A program made the position numbers and the translations under genes. Below, one piece after another: positions 44,481 through 55,801 of a stretch of DNA of 64,000 nt. The first letter of the stretch is position 1, and every line of letters begins with the position of its first letter. Source of the DNA: Prasinococcaceae sp. CCMP 1430. Its lineage: Eukaryota; Plantae; Prasinodermophyta. The DNA is taken from contig RQSC01000523.1 of assembly GCA_013416795.1 (NCBI GenBank), positions 267,435 to 331,434 of the forward strand, read 5' to 3'. The notes under the pieces are model-generated. The model was not told the DNA's origin. It was given only the letters and a program-made list of their open reading frames with translations, and ran no database searches.

Positions 44481-46841
44481 ATGCGGCGCAGGCAAGGGGC
44501 CGCAGGCGAGGGCGTGGCATCCGAGCCGCTGCTGCGCGCGCGCGCGCTGGGCATTGGCCACACGGCGGGCGATGGCGGGCTGCCGCGTAGCGTCGCGTAT
44601 ATCGCGTGCGCGGCTGCCGCGCTGGCGCTGTGGTGGGCGGCTCGCACGTTCTTCGTGGCATTTGGTGGCGGCGGCCTCGCGGGCGGCTCCGAGGTAGACG
44701 CGCGACAGCTGGCGAGGCGCTTTGCTGGGACGGCCGCAGCCTCGCCGCGCGCAGCGAGCGCTCGTGAGGCGCTCGCGTATGCCGCGGCAGCGCTCGATGG
44801 CGACATGGTGCGCGCGCTCGTCCCCGCCATCGCAGTGGGAGAGGATGTTGACGTGTCGGAGTCGAGCGCGTTCGCGTGCGGCAACACGCCCTTGCATTAC
44901 GCCTGCGCGACGCTCGACCGCGGCGCGCGCACGGCGCGAGAGCTGCTCTCGCGCCCGCGCCGCGACCTGCAGCTCCGCGAGGCCGCAGCTGTTGAGCGCG
45001 CAATCCGCGGCGGCAGGGAGCTCTTCCGACCGGGCGCGGACGCCTATTCAATCGGCGGCGCGGTGACACTACTCGAGAGCGCCATGGTGGACATCACGAG
45101 GCAGCTCCTTGCAGCAGGTGCCGATGTTGGTGCGCGCAACGTCGCAGGCCGCACTCCACTGCACGCCGCCGCCGAGGGCGGCGCGCAGGAGCTCTGCAGC
45201 GTCCTCCTTGCGGCCGGCGCCCCGCCGAGCGCAAAAGACGAGCTAGGCAGGACCGCCGCCGACCTCGCAGCAGCGCGTGGCTTCAGTGAGCTGGCGTCCT
45301 CGCTGCGGAAGAAAGAGGATGATGGTGTAGCAGGGCAGCCTGGGCGTAGCGGTGCCCACGGCGATGGCACCACCGCGTCGACACCGTTGTTGAGCGCCTT
45401 GCCGGCAGCGGAGGTGGAGAGGCTGCGCGCTGCCTCGGCTGCACTCTACGCTGACGGTGGTGGCTGGTCAAGTGAGGAGCTCGCGGGTGGGCTGATTGAC
45501 GACGTCCTCGAAGTCCTCGGCCCAAGCAAGTGCGAGCTGTCGCACGTGTACGCTGGGGGCAGCGCCCTCCGCGGGGTCCAGAAGGGCGATGCGCGGGACG
45601 CGAGTGGGGCGGTAGAGGCGGAGGCGGCTGGTGGCGACTCCATCGTCGACGAGCACCTCGTTAGGGGTGAGCCGGCGCTCTTTATTGGTGACCTCATTCG
45701 TGCGTCACCGGCACAGGGCATGACGGTGGGAGAGCAGGGCGATGGCGACGAGAGCAGCGGCTCTCCGGCCGGCGATATCCCACTGCGTGAAGTGTTGTCT
45801 GCGGAGTCGCTGCTGTGGCGGCAAGGCGGGCGTGTCGTGTCAGTCGGTGCTGTGCCGTACGCGTCGGGCTTCGGTGGCGGCAAGGAAGATGCCATGTCCT
45901 TAGGGATCTTCGCGCGCCTGCATGTGCTCCACAACGCCACCGTCGACCCGCCGCACAGCGCCGAGACGGCCGCCCGAGCACGCCCCCCTTACGTGTTTGA
46001 AACGGTCGCGTGCGAGGGGAGCGGCATCGCGGACGTCTCGACGGCAGGCATAGGCGTCATGGACGCACTCACGCGCTCAAAAGACCCCTCAATGGCAAGC
46101 GGTAGCGGCGACAGTGGCGGAGACTCCTGTGCGTGCAGTTCGCTGCAGTGGTCGCTCGGCGGCGCTGGCTCAGGCGCGCAGGTGCATACGCACGGGGCGG
46201 CGATGGCAACTCTGGCGTACGGTCGCAAGCTCTGGCTGTTGACGCCGCCAGCACGCGCGCAGGTGGGCTCGCTCACCGGCGCACAACACGTTTTGCAGGC
46301 GGCGTCACAGGAGCTCGCCGCGCGAGCGCGCGGCGAGCGCCCATCCACTCTGTTCTGTGTGCAGGAGGCGGGCGACTCGCTCCTCGTTCCTGAGCTCTGG
46401 GGACACGCAGTGCTCAACCTGCGAGCGAGCGTCGGCCTGAGCGTCGAAGTGCAGCTGCCACAACGCGCGCGCGCGGCGACGGCGCAGGCGGCGGCGCCTA
46501 TCACCAATTCGAGCTGCAAGTGCATGTCGCGGCCCGCATGGGCACCCAGGTGGTGCGCCGACGCGCCGGTGCAGCAGCGCATCGCTGACTGGCAAGGGCG
46601 CGTCGCCGCCGCGCAGGCGCTCACTGCGCAACTCGGTGAGCGCACCGCGCGACGCGCGGGCATCGACGCTCGCAACGAGGGCGCGTTCCTGCGCGATGTG
46701 CTTCGGCGCGAGGAGGCCGCCGCGCGGAGGGAGGGCGCGGGCGCGCGCGCCGGCCGCGGGTGGGAGCACATGGAAGGGAACATGCACATGCGCCAGCACC
46801 TGCGCAGACGCCCCCACGCGAGCCTCGACGCAGCCGAATAA
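44481..46841 (+). CDS. Membrane-anchored ankyrin repeat + JmjC/cupin (JMJD8-like) protein; 3' tail may be chimeric
   Basis: N-terminal hydrophobic helix; GNTPLHYA, GRTPLHAAA and GRTAADLA repeats; QWSLGGAGSGAQVHTH..GRKLWLLTPP..CVQEAGDSLLVPELWGHAVLNL. Confidence 0.75.
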   Translation: MRRRQGAAGEGVASEPLLRARALGIGHTAGDGGLPRSVAYIACAAAALALWWAARTFFVAFGGGGLAGGSEVDARQLARRFAGTAAASPRAASAREALAYAAAALDGDMVRALVPAIAVGEDVDVSESSAFACGNTPLHYACATLDRGARTARELLSRPRRDLQLREAAAVERAIRGGRELFRPGADAYSIGGAVTLLESAMVDITRQLLAAGADVGARNVAGRTPLHAAAEGGAQELCSVLLAAGAPPSAKDELGRTAADLAAARGFSELASSLRKKEDDGVAGQPGRSGAHGDGTTASTPLLSALPAAEVERLRAASAALYADGGGWSSEELAGGLIDDVLEVLGPSKCELSHVYAGGSALRGVQKGDARDASGAVEAEAAGGDSIVDEHLVRGEPALFIGDLIRASPAQGMTVGEQGDGDESSGSPAGDIPLREVLSAESLLWRQGGRVVSVGAVPYASGFGGGKEDAMSLGIFARLHVLHNATVDPPHSAETAARARPPYVFETVACEGSGIADVSTAGIGVMDALTRSKDPSMASGSGDSGGDSCACSSLQWSLGGAGSGAQVHTHGAAMATLAYGRKLWLLTPPARAQVGSLTGAQHVLQAASQELAARARGERPSTLFCVQEAGDSLLVPELWGHAVLNLRASVGLSVEVQLPQRARAATAQAAAPITNSSCKCMSRPAWAPRWCADAPVQQRIADWQGRVAAAQALTAQLGERTARRAGIDARNEGAFLRDVLRREEAAARREGAGARAGRGWEHMEGNMHMRQHLRRRPHASLDAAE

Positions 46842-47068
46842 ACGACTGCACACCGAGATGCCAGCAAGTCCACGCGCCGCACCAACGCCATGCGTGCACG
46901 CCCCCCCCCCCCCTCCCGCTCTGCGGTGCGGGACGGCCTGCGCGCGCGCGCGCGCACGGGCGCGCGCGCCGCACCGATCACGGCTTGACACATTATTACA
47001 GGGGCGCTGGTGGAAGGGCCGCGCGTCATCACGTGCACCTCACACAGCGGCTACAGTGTACACAGGCG

Positions 47069-47623
47069 CTAGCCATGCGCGCGCGGGTCGGCGCCGGCGT
47101 CCGGTGTGCTCGGCGGCGCGTCCGCGAGCGTCGCCGCCGCCGTCGCGTCCGCGCCGGCCCCCGGCAGTCGCCTCGAGTAAGGCAGGCTGTCGGCGCCGTC
47201 CTTGAGCGCGCGGATGTTGGCCTTGAAGGCCTCCTCCGGCATGACGCCCACCATACGCGCCTTCTCCGTGTCGTCGGCCGCGAGGAACGAGAAGTGAGGG
47301 ATGCCGTCGACACCGTACTCGTCGAGCTCGCCGTACCACTGCGGGTTGTCCACATTAATCATCACAAAGTTCACGTCGCGGTCGTACGCGTCCTCGGCGA
47401 CCGCGACCGTCGGCGCCATCTCGCGGCACTCGGCGCACCAGTCCGCGTAGAACTCGAGCAGCGACGGGCGGCCGTTGGCGAGCGCGGTGTCGAACGGCAC
47501 CGCGCGCGCTTCGAGCGTGGCCAGCGTCGCCGCGGGATGATCCCCGACGCCGAGCTTCGTCGCCGCGAACAGCGCCACGCCCGCCGCAACGCTCGCCCCC
47601 GCCAGCGCCACGTGTGTGCGCAT
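47069..47623 (-). CDS. HCF164: Thylakoid thioredoxin-like HCF164 (no transit peptide visible; probably 5' truncated)
   Basis: Transmembrane helix, then ALANGRPSLLEFYADWCAECREMAP..VNFVMINVDNPQW..YGVDGIPHF..LPY. Confidence 0.88.
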   Translation of the reverse strand: MRTHVALAGASVAAGVALFAATKLGVGDHPAATLATLEARAVPFDTALANGRPSLLEFYADWCAECREMAPTVAVAEDAYDRDVNFVMINVDNPQWYGELDEYGVDGIPHFSFLAADDTEKARMVGVMPEEAFKANIRALKDGADSLPYSRRLPGAGADATAAATLADAPPSTPDAGADPRAHG

Positions 47624-48191
47624 TCGACATTGAGTGTAGCAAGCAGCCGCTGAAGTTTCCGAAGCTGTGGCGCCCTCCCGGCACGACGCCGAAATTTCGC
47701 GCCCCGCCGATTTCCGCCCCGCGCGACGCCGCGATTCGCCATGCCGCGCCACCCGCCGCGCACCGCATTTCGCCGCGCCGCGATTCCGGCGGATCGGCGG
47801 GGTGCGTTTTCTTATCCGCGAATCCGCGACGGGGCGCGGGATTTTTTTCGCCGGGCGCTTGAGCGGGTTCGAAAGGGTACAAACCGCGCAATGCTCGCTC
47901 CAAACGAATGCACTCCGTTGCAATTGCCGTGGGGTGCGAGCGCCCTGAGGAGGGCGCTCCGCCGCCCCGCGAATTCGCGGAGTTCGTGCCGGGGACGCGC
48001 GGACGGGCGCGCGCTCGGCGCGATCGGGCTGGGACGGCTTTTTTTTTTTTTTTTGCGGGGCGGCGCGCCGGGCGCGGCGCCTCGCGCGGGGCGACGCCAC
48101 ATCTCGAGAAGTAATAAAAATTCCACTGTATTGTATAGCAAAAATACTAACGGGCGAGTAGTTGGCGCTTGGCGAGTGACTGTGTTTTTGA

Positions 48192-48250
48192 TTTGGAGCC
48201 CGTAGGGCTCCAAACACAGGTTGGAGCCCGGAGGGCTAACCCTTTTTTTT
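48192..48250. repeat. Two tandem short palindromes TTGGAGCCC-GNA-GGGCT followed by a T8 run
   Basis: Perfect 10-bp stem 48192-48201/48205-48214 with GTA loop; second copy at 48221-48237 with GGA loop. Confidence 0.85.
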
Positions 48251-48320
48251 CACCTATTTCCCGCAGTGGGCGCCGGGGGCGCTCGGACGGCGCCGGCAGC
48301 GACGCGCGCGGCGGCGGCGC

Positions 48321-48629
48321 NNNNNNNNNNNNNNNNNNNNNNNNNNNNNNNNNNNNNNNNNNNNNNNNNNNNNNNNNNNNNNNNNNNNNNNNNNNNNNNN
48401 NNNNNNNNNNNNNNNNNNNNNNNNNNNNNNNNNNNNNNNNNNNNNNNNNNNNNNNNNNNNNNNNNNNNNNNNNNNNNNNNNNNNNNNNNNNNNNNNNNNN
48501 NNNNNNNNNNNNNNNNNNNNNNNNNNNNNNNNNNNNNNNNNNNNNNNNNNNNNNNNNNNNNNNNNNNNNNNNNNNNNNNNNNNNNNNNNNNNNNNNNNNN
48601 NNNNNNNNNNNNNNNNNNNNNNNNNNNNN
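48321..48629. other. Assembly gap (N run)
   Basis: Run of n. Confidence 1.
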
Positions 48630-48666
48630 CGCGCGCCGCCGGGCGGCGGCGGGGCGCGGCCGGGCC

Positions 48667-49275
48667 ATGGCGGCGGCAGGGACGCCCTCGCCGTCGCCGG
48701 AGAGCGTGCTCGCGGCGCTCAAGACGGGCGGGGCCTTCGACCGCCTCAAGAAGAAGCTCGTCGCGGCCGTGATCGAGCGGCGCGATGAGCCAGGAGGCCT
48801 CGACGACACCACCAAGGCTGCCGTGACAGACGCAATACGGGAGGCCGGGGATCACGACCTGCCGCTGGACATGGGCGCCGCGGCGCTCGCGGCGAAGATA
48901 TCGGCAGACATAGAGGAGTCTGTCCTCACGAGGGTGGCTGTCGAGGCCTGGGATGCGCTCGCAGGGGAGGTGCGCGCGCGCACGCGCGCGCGCGCCGCGT
49001 GCTCGACGTGCGCGCTCGCGGCAGCCGCGCTCGCGTTGTGGCCCCTCCCCGTTCCCCCATCCCGCACGCCAAGTGTGCCCTGACTTTGTCGCGCCCCGCC
49101 GCGCGCCCGCGCCTGCCTCGCGCGCGTCTCGCACGCGCAGGAGCTCTCCAAGCTCGTGAGCGACGAGGTGGCCAAGCAGCACGACGCCCTAGGAAAGGCG
49201 CCCGCCGCCGACGGAACGGGCGAGGCTGCCGCCGGCGACGGCCCGCGGGCAGCGAAGCAGCAGCGGCGGCAGTGA
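48667..49275 (+). CDS. BOD1/Shg1-like (COMPASS-associated) small protein; exons 48667-48969 and 49141-49275
   Basis: PESVLAALKTGGAFDRLKKKLV resembles the Shg1/BOD1 K..G.FD..R motif. Phase-0 intron with CTGAC branch point. Confidence 0.55.
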
Positions 49276-49374
49276 CCGCGAGGCGCGCGCGCCTGCATCT
49301 CGCGCGAGTAATAACCAACCCCTCACGTTTACAAAATGCGCCGCTCGCGCTCGCCCGCAGCGCCCGCGCGGCGC

Positions 49375-51000
49375 TTAGCGGCCGGGGAGGCCGCCCCACG
49401 AGCCGGCCTTCTTGTTGGCCTTGGCGGCCTCCGCGGCCGCCGCCTCCTCGGCGGCCTTCGCCTCCTCCTCCCTCTTGGCCGCCGCGGGATCGAACACCTT
49501 GCGGTAGACCGACATGACCTTCTCCCCCCCGTCGATGTTGTCGAGCGGGTCCTTGCGCATGCGGTGGGCGAGCGAGATGCCGATCACGCGCTCGATGTCC
49601 GCGGTGGTCACCTTGTCGCGCCCCTCGTAGGCCACCAGCGCGCGCGCCGCGCGGTTGACCACCATGTCGCCGCGCAGGCCGTCCACGTCGAGCGTCGAGC
49701 AGACCTCGCTCACCTGCACCTTCAGGGCGCGGTCCATGGTCACCTTGGGCAGGCGCTCGCGGGCCGCGGTGATCTTGTCCGTCTGCTGCTGCACCTCGTC
49801 CTCGTACTGGGCGACGAAGCCATCGGCGTCCTTCTCGAAGGCGAGCCTGTCGAGCACCAGCTGCACGCGGCTCGCCTCGTCGAACATGGTGCGCACGGTC
49901 ACGGCGAGGCCGAAGCGGTCGAGCAGCTGCGGGCGCAGCTCGCCCTCCTCGGGGTTGCCGCTGCCGATCATGATGAAGCGCGCCGGGTGGATCACCGAGA
50001 TGCCCTCGCGCTCCACCGTGTTCCAGCCCGAGGCGGCCGAGTCGAGCACCACGTCCACGAGCGAGTCCTCCAGGAGGTTCACCTCGTCCACGTACAGGAT
50101 GCCGCGGTTGGCCTTGGCCAGCAGGCCGGGCTCGTACGCCTTGGCGCCGTCCATGAGCGCCTTCTCCATGTTGATGGTGCCACAGATGCGGTCCTCGGTC
50201 GCGCCGAGCGGCAGCTCAATCATGGGCGTCGGCACCGAGGTCGTGCCGGGAGTGTTGCCCGCGAGAATGGCCTACAGTGCCACGCGGGGCGCGGAGGCGG
50301 ACGGGCGCGGTCGGGTGGAGGGCGTGCGCGTCGGACAGCGGGGGCGCTCCCGGTGTCAGCGCCTGAGGCGAGGGAGCGCGTCACGCCACCCGTGCGGGCG
50401 AGCACCCGCGTGCAAGCGTGCGAAGGCGTGGAGCGGGACCGGCGCTGCGTCCGGAGCGCGCGCGCCGCGCTGCCGCCCAGGCGAGCGCAGTGCACGCTGG
50501 CGCGAGCGCAAGTGGCGCCGGCGCGCTGCGCGGCGCTGATGCGGGCACGGTTGGCGCAACACTGGCGCGCCGAGAGGCATCGCGCGCTCACTCGCTCGCT
50601 CGCCGCCGGGCGCGGCGTCCCCCCCCCCCCTCCCTCTCTCCCCCTCTCCCTCGCTCGCCCGCGCCGTCTCGCGCGCTCCCGACGCACCTCCTTGACCTCG
50701 GTGCTCATGAGCTCGCCGTCCGTGACGCTCGAGTTGAAGTCGTCGCCCACGGCGACGTCGATGGGCGGCAGCATCTCCGCGAGCGCGCGCACAGCGGTCG
50801 ACTTGCCCGTGCCGCGGTCGCCCATGATGAGCACGCCGCCGATGCGCGGGTCCACCACGTTGAGCAGCAGCGCCAGCTTCATCTCCTCCTGCCCCGTGAT
50901 GCGCGGGAACGGGAACGTCGGCAGCTTCTCGACCGCGGCGGGCGCCGCCGTCGCCGCCGCCGCGCGCGGCGCACGCCGCGCGGCCGCCCGCGACCGCCAT
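49375..51000 (-). CDS. CHLI: Magnesium chelatase subunit I (nuclear, CHLI2-like); exons ~50990-50688 and 50271-49375; ATG at 51000 is out of frame as assembled
   Basis: [59 protein letters not shown] and [16 protein letters not shown]. Confidence 0.92.
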
Positions 51001-51786
51001 CTCCCCCGGTCGCGCCGAGCGGTGCCTCCGCGCCCAACGAAACGCCCTCCCGCCACGCGTGCGCGCGCTGTGGCGCGCCACATCCGCCCACGCATCCACT
51101 CAACGCCCCCCTCCCCCCACCCACCCACCAACACACACGCACTCCCCCACCTGCCCCACACCCCACCTGCCCCGCCCGCTGGCCCCCGCGCGCACCGCAT
51201 CGTGGATAATGCAGCGCGCGCGGCACAGGCGCGGCCCGCCGCGAAACCCGAACCGCGCGCCCCGATCCGCAAGGCAAATGCCATCCAAACCCCGCGAACA
51301 ACAAACCCTATATACGTACCCCAATGGCGCGCGCCCGCGCGGGCGGGGCGCGCCGCCCCTCCGCGGCCTTTTCCCGGAACGCGATTTCGGCGCGGGCGCG
51401 CTCGGGTGGGCGCCATTACGGTAAATGTATAGGGTCTGTACATGGCTGGAAGTCAATTCCATTCGACGAGCATACTTGGGCGTGTCGTTCGGGTTTCGTC
51501 GTTCCGACGCGGGATCTCCGACGATCTCGCGCGGGCGCGTGGCGAGAATCCGCGACGCCCCCGCGCGCAGATCTTCCCGGCGGCGCGGGCGCCCGATATG
51601 ACCGCCGCCGGGGGGAGGGTCTCGGGGTAGGCGCGCGTGCACCAGGCTTCAATTAAGAAGTTTGATGGCTTCGTTTTTTTTTATTTTTTTTATTTTGATT
51701 TTGGGTTTTGATTTTGATTGGAATTTTTGAATAGGTTTTGATGGCTTCTTAGTACTAAGCAGGATCAATGCTCATGTGAAAAACGA

Positions 51787-51995
51787 TGGGGTTTTCCCTG
51801 GTTGGTCATGGTTTCTTGCACGAACATCCCGGTACGGGCATCCTTCCCTTCCTTCCCACCGGGTCATCCGTCGGGTGACCCCCCACTCTGGGATAAATCA
51901 CAGCGAAGGATGACCGTTCTGGGATTGCGGGCCAAAGAAGGACGACCGCACTGGGACTTCGGGCGAACCAGGATGACCATCCCGGGGAAACCCCA
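51787..51995. repeat. 209-nt imperfect inverted repeat (foldback hairpin) built from ~30-nt subrepeats; MITE/foldback element or structured ncRNA
   Basis: Outer arms GGGGTTTTCCCTGGTTGGTCAT / ATGACCATCCCGGGGAAACCCC pair at 20 of 22 positions counting one G-T. Two further nested paired segments continue to a CCCA-CTC-TGGG apex. Confidence 0.85.
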
Positions 51996-52450
51996 AAAGG
52001 GATTGCACTCGGAATTGTTTGGGAGAAATTGCGGGTGAAAATGCGGCGCCGCGGATGCGAATTGATATGAGGTCCAGCCACCAAAAAAACGCTTTCCTTT
52101 TTGGGTGCGTGTCTCGCGGGTGTGTGTGCTGTGTGTGTGTGCGACTGTGTGTGTGCTGTTGTGTGTGCGTGGTCTCAGACTCAGATGGATTCCATTGAAT
52201 CCTCAGATTTGTGACTTTAAAAGTGCGAATCCTTTCTCGATCAATCTCATTTATGAAATGCGTGGGTTCCATCCGCGGGAGGCTCGCCGCTGCCTCCTCA
52301 TGCGGTGATATGGCAACGGACTACGTTTTTCTTTTCTTTTCTTTTCTTTGGTTTTCCGAGCGTTTTTATTTTTTTTCGGCGGCGGCGGCGCGGCGGCGAG
52401 CGAGCACGCACGCACGCGCGGGCGCGGGCGCACCACACGACGCGCCCGGN

Positions 52451-52890
52451 TCAGAGTCCGGCCAGCTGTCCTTGGTCAGCGGGTTGGGGTCGTCGCCATC
52501 CGGGACGTAGTCCCCATCCGTGTCAGCATCGTACGGGTCGCTGCCCAGTCGCATCTCCGCGGCATTGCTCAGACCATCGCCGTCGGTGTCCTGCGAGTTG
52601 TACTGCGCCCAGCAGCACTCGATCTTTACCTCATCCGACTCGCTGCCGTCGCAGTCGTTGTGGAAGAAGGCGTGCGCGCCTGCGCCGCGCGCCGCGTCGT
52701 AGCACTGCCACTCGCCGCCGGTGACGAACCACCAGCCCGTCCAGCGGTTCCACTGGCCGTAGGCGCAGCCCGAGTCTGCGAGGCATGCCACATAGCGCCA
52801 TCTCCAGCCGTAACCCCACCAATCCCACCAGTACGTGGGCTGGCCACGCGTGTGGGCAGGCGCTGCCCTCTCGTGGCGTGCACGCGGCAC
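52451..52890 (-). CDS. Fragment of a Trp/Cys-rich protein with bacterial-type TSP3 calcium-binding repeats
   Basis: DTDGDGLSNAAEMRLGSDPYDADTDGDYVPDGDDPNPL preceded by YWWDWWGYGWRWRY. Truncated at N 52450. Confidence 0.6.
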
Positions 52891-53071
52891 TAGGAGGTGG
52901 CGCGCTGCGGGCAGGGCCGCATGCGCGTCGGAGATTCGGGGGTGTTGAGAGGTGGGGGGGAAGGGATCCGTCTCGTCGCTGGGCGATGCGGCAGCCGGAT
53001 CCGGCGCGCCGGCGTCCTGTCCTGTTGCTCGAGTACTGACGCTATGTGCTGCTTGTTCTCTCTCTGTGCAG

Positions 53072-53342
53072 GTCGATGGCCCACCAGATCAACCACACCG
53101 TGCTTGTCCAGCTCGATGGTGTGACCGCCAAGGAGGAGACCGGCTTCTACCTGGGCAAGAAGCTGGCGTACATCTACAAGGCGAAGACTATTAAGAAGGG
53201 CACCAAGTACCGCTGCATCTGGGGCAAGGTGACGCGCGCACACGGCTCCGGCGGCACGGTGCGCGCCAAGTTCCAGAAGAACCTGCCGCCCAAGGCGCTC
53301 GGCGGCAAGGTGAGGTGCATGCTGTACCCGTCGCACATCTAA
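53072..53342 (+). CDS. RPL35A: 60S ribosomal protein L35a (eL33), last exon (first exon missing)
   Basis: [60 protein letters not shown] branch point and TGCAG acceptor. Confidence 0.93.
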
Positions 53343-53564
53343 GCGGCGCGCGCATCCGACGCGACCGCTTGGGTGCTCTCGGCGAGCGCGCGCGCGACTA
53401 GCGCGGCGGACGGCGACGGCATCAGTAAATACGCAGCTTGTGGGTAAGGGCGAACGGGCGCGGCGATTGGGGGCGGCGGCGCTCCCTGCCGCTCAGAGAG
53501 GGATCGCCGCACCGGCGCCGACCTGCTGCGCGACGTGCCGGGATCTTATTAATTAAGTGCGTTA

Positions 53565-54656
<1,092 letters not shown>

Positions 54657-55259
54657 CGCAATCGCCCCGACCCCCCCCCAACACACCTCCCGCGGCCCTC
54701 CCCACAGAGCCGAGCCGCGGGCGGGCGCCGCCGCCCGCGCGCGCTCTGACGCAGCGCGGCAGCGCGCGCGAACGAACAGCCGCGTGCTTAGGGTTTTCTT
54801 GGCAACATTAAGGTTAGCTTACGTAGTTCCGGTCGTGTGCGGGTTTGGTTTACATTCGCTGTGCCGTTTGACGGTGCCGTCCTGGTCTTTTTGCGCGGTC
54901 CCTGAGGTTTTCCGAGTTCGGGAAAAATAGGGTTTGAAAAATTGTCGGGCCGCCACACTGCGCGCGGCGGCCGCGCGCGGTGCGTGGGCGCCCGCGCGTG
55001 CGCGTGTGCGACGGGGCTCAAGCCCTGCACCTCGCCCCCACCCGCGCGCACACGCACGCCTTTCTCTCTCTCCCTCTCTCTCTTCCCCTTCCCTCCATTC
55101 CCCGAGGCGCCCGTTGGGCGGCGTCCGCGGCGCGCGCCGCGCGGCGGGCTGCGGGGGTGGGGTGAGAGATGGGCCGCGACTGCTGTCCGCCGAGGGCGGG
55201 CGCGGCGGGNTGCTGTGCTCGACGCAGCGCCTCGTGGAGGAGTACCTTCAGCACCGCAG

Positions 55260-55801
55260 TGGCCGACGTGCGTGACGTCGAGCTGCTCGCACGCCTCGCG
55301 CGCCGCGCAGCCGGCGGCGGCGTCCTCGTCGCGCACTTTCCTGCCACGGGTGTTGCCGCGAGCGAGGAGATCGATGAGGAGCTCGCGGCGATCGCCGCCG
55401 CAGCCTCCGTCGACGAGGCGGCCGCCGGCGCGGCCTTCGTGCGCATCCCCGAAGAGCGCGGCGCCGCACGCGGCTCTGACGCGCCCTTCCTGCAGGCGCT
55501 GGGCGTGCTTCCAAGCATGGTACGGCCCTCGCTGGTCGCGCTGGTCGACGGCGTCGCCGCGGCCGCCGCGGGCTACGCCCCGCTCGGCGGCGTCGCCGAG
55601 GTCGAGCCGTCGCGCCTGCGGCCGTGGCTCTCAAGGGTGGGCGCGCTGCCCAGCGGTTCGGGCGACAGCGACAGCGAGGGAAGCGCGAGCGGCGACGCCA
55701 GCGGCGAGTGCGAGGCATGCGCCATCTGTGGACGCACGTACAAGCACGAGCACGTGCGCAGCCTGCGCGCTTCCGGCCTGGCCGACGAGTACGAGGGCTG
55801 A
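55260..55801 (+). CDS. Phosducin/thioredoxin-fold-like protein with C-terminal CxxC..HxH motif, 5' partial
   Basis: VLVAHF..IDEELAAIA..AFVRI..PFLQALGV..PSLVALVDG..LGG..LRPWLSRVGAL pattern; C-terminal CAICGRTYKHEH. Confidence 0.5.

Larger units (their letters stand above)
1641..49333. terminator. TGTAA green-algal poly(A) signals downstream of stops: 1641-1645(-), 7924-7928(-), 11586-11590(-), 19323-19327(+), 27684-27688(+), 46996-47000(-), 49329-49333(-)
   Basis: Each lies 10-80 nt past the stop of PAT1, SPP, PIG-C, CENP-X, RPS19, HCF164 or CHLI, on the matching strand. TGTAA is the known chlorophyte signal. Coordinates span the first to the last site. Confidence 0.6.

Noticed and set aside
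51787-51995. SRP (7SL) RNA or tRNA as the identity of the long hairpin
   Set aside because: No recognisable helix-8 GNRA/SRP54 motif, Alu domain or cloverleaf on either strand by eye.
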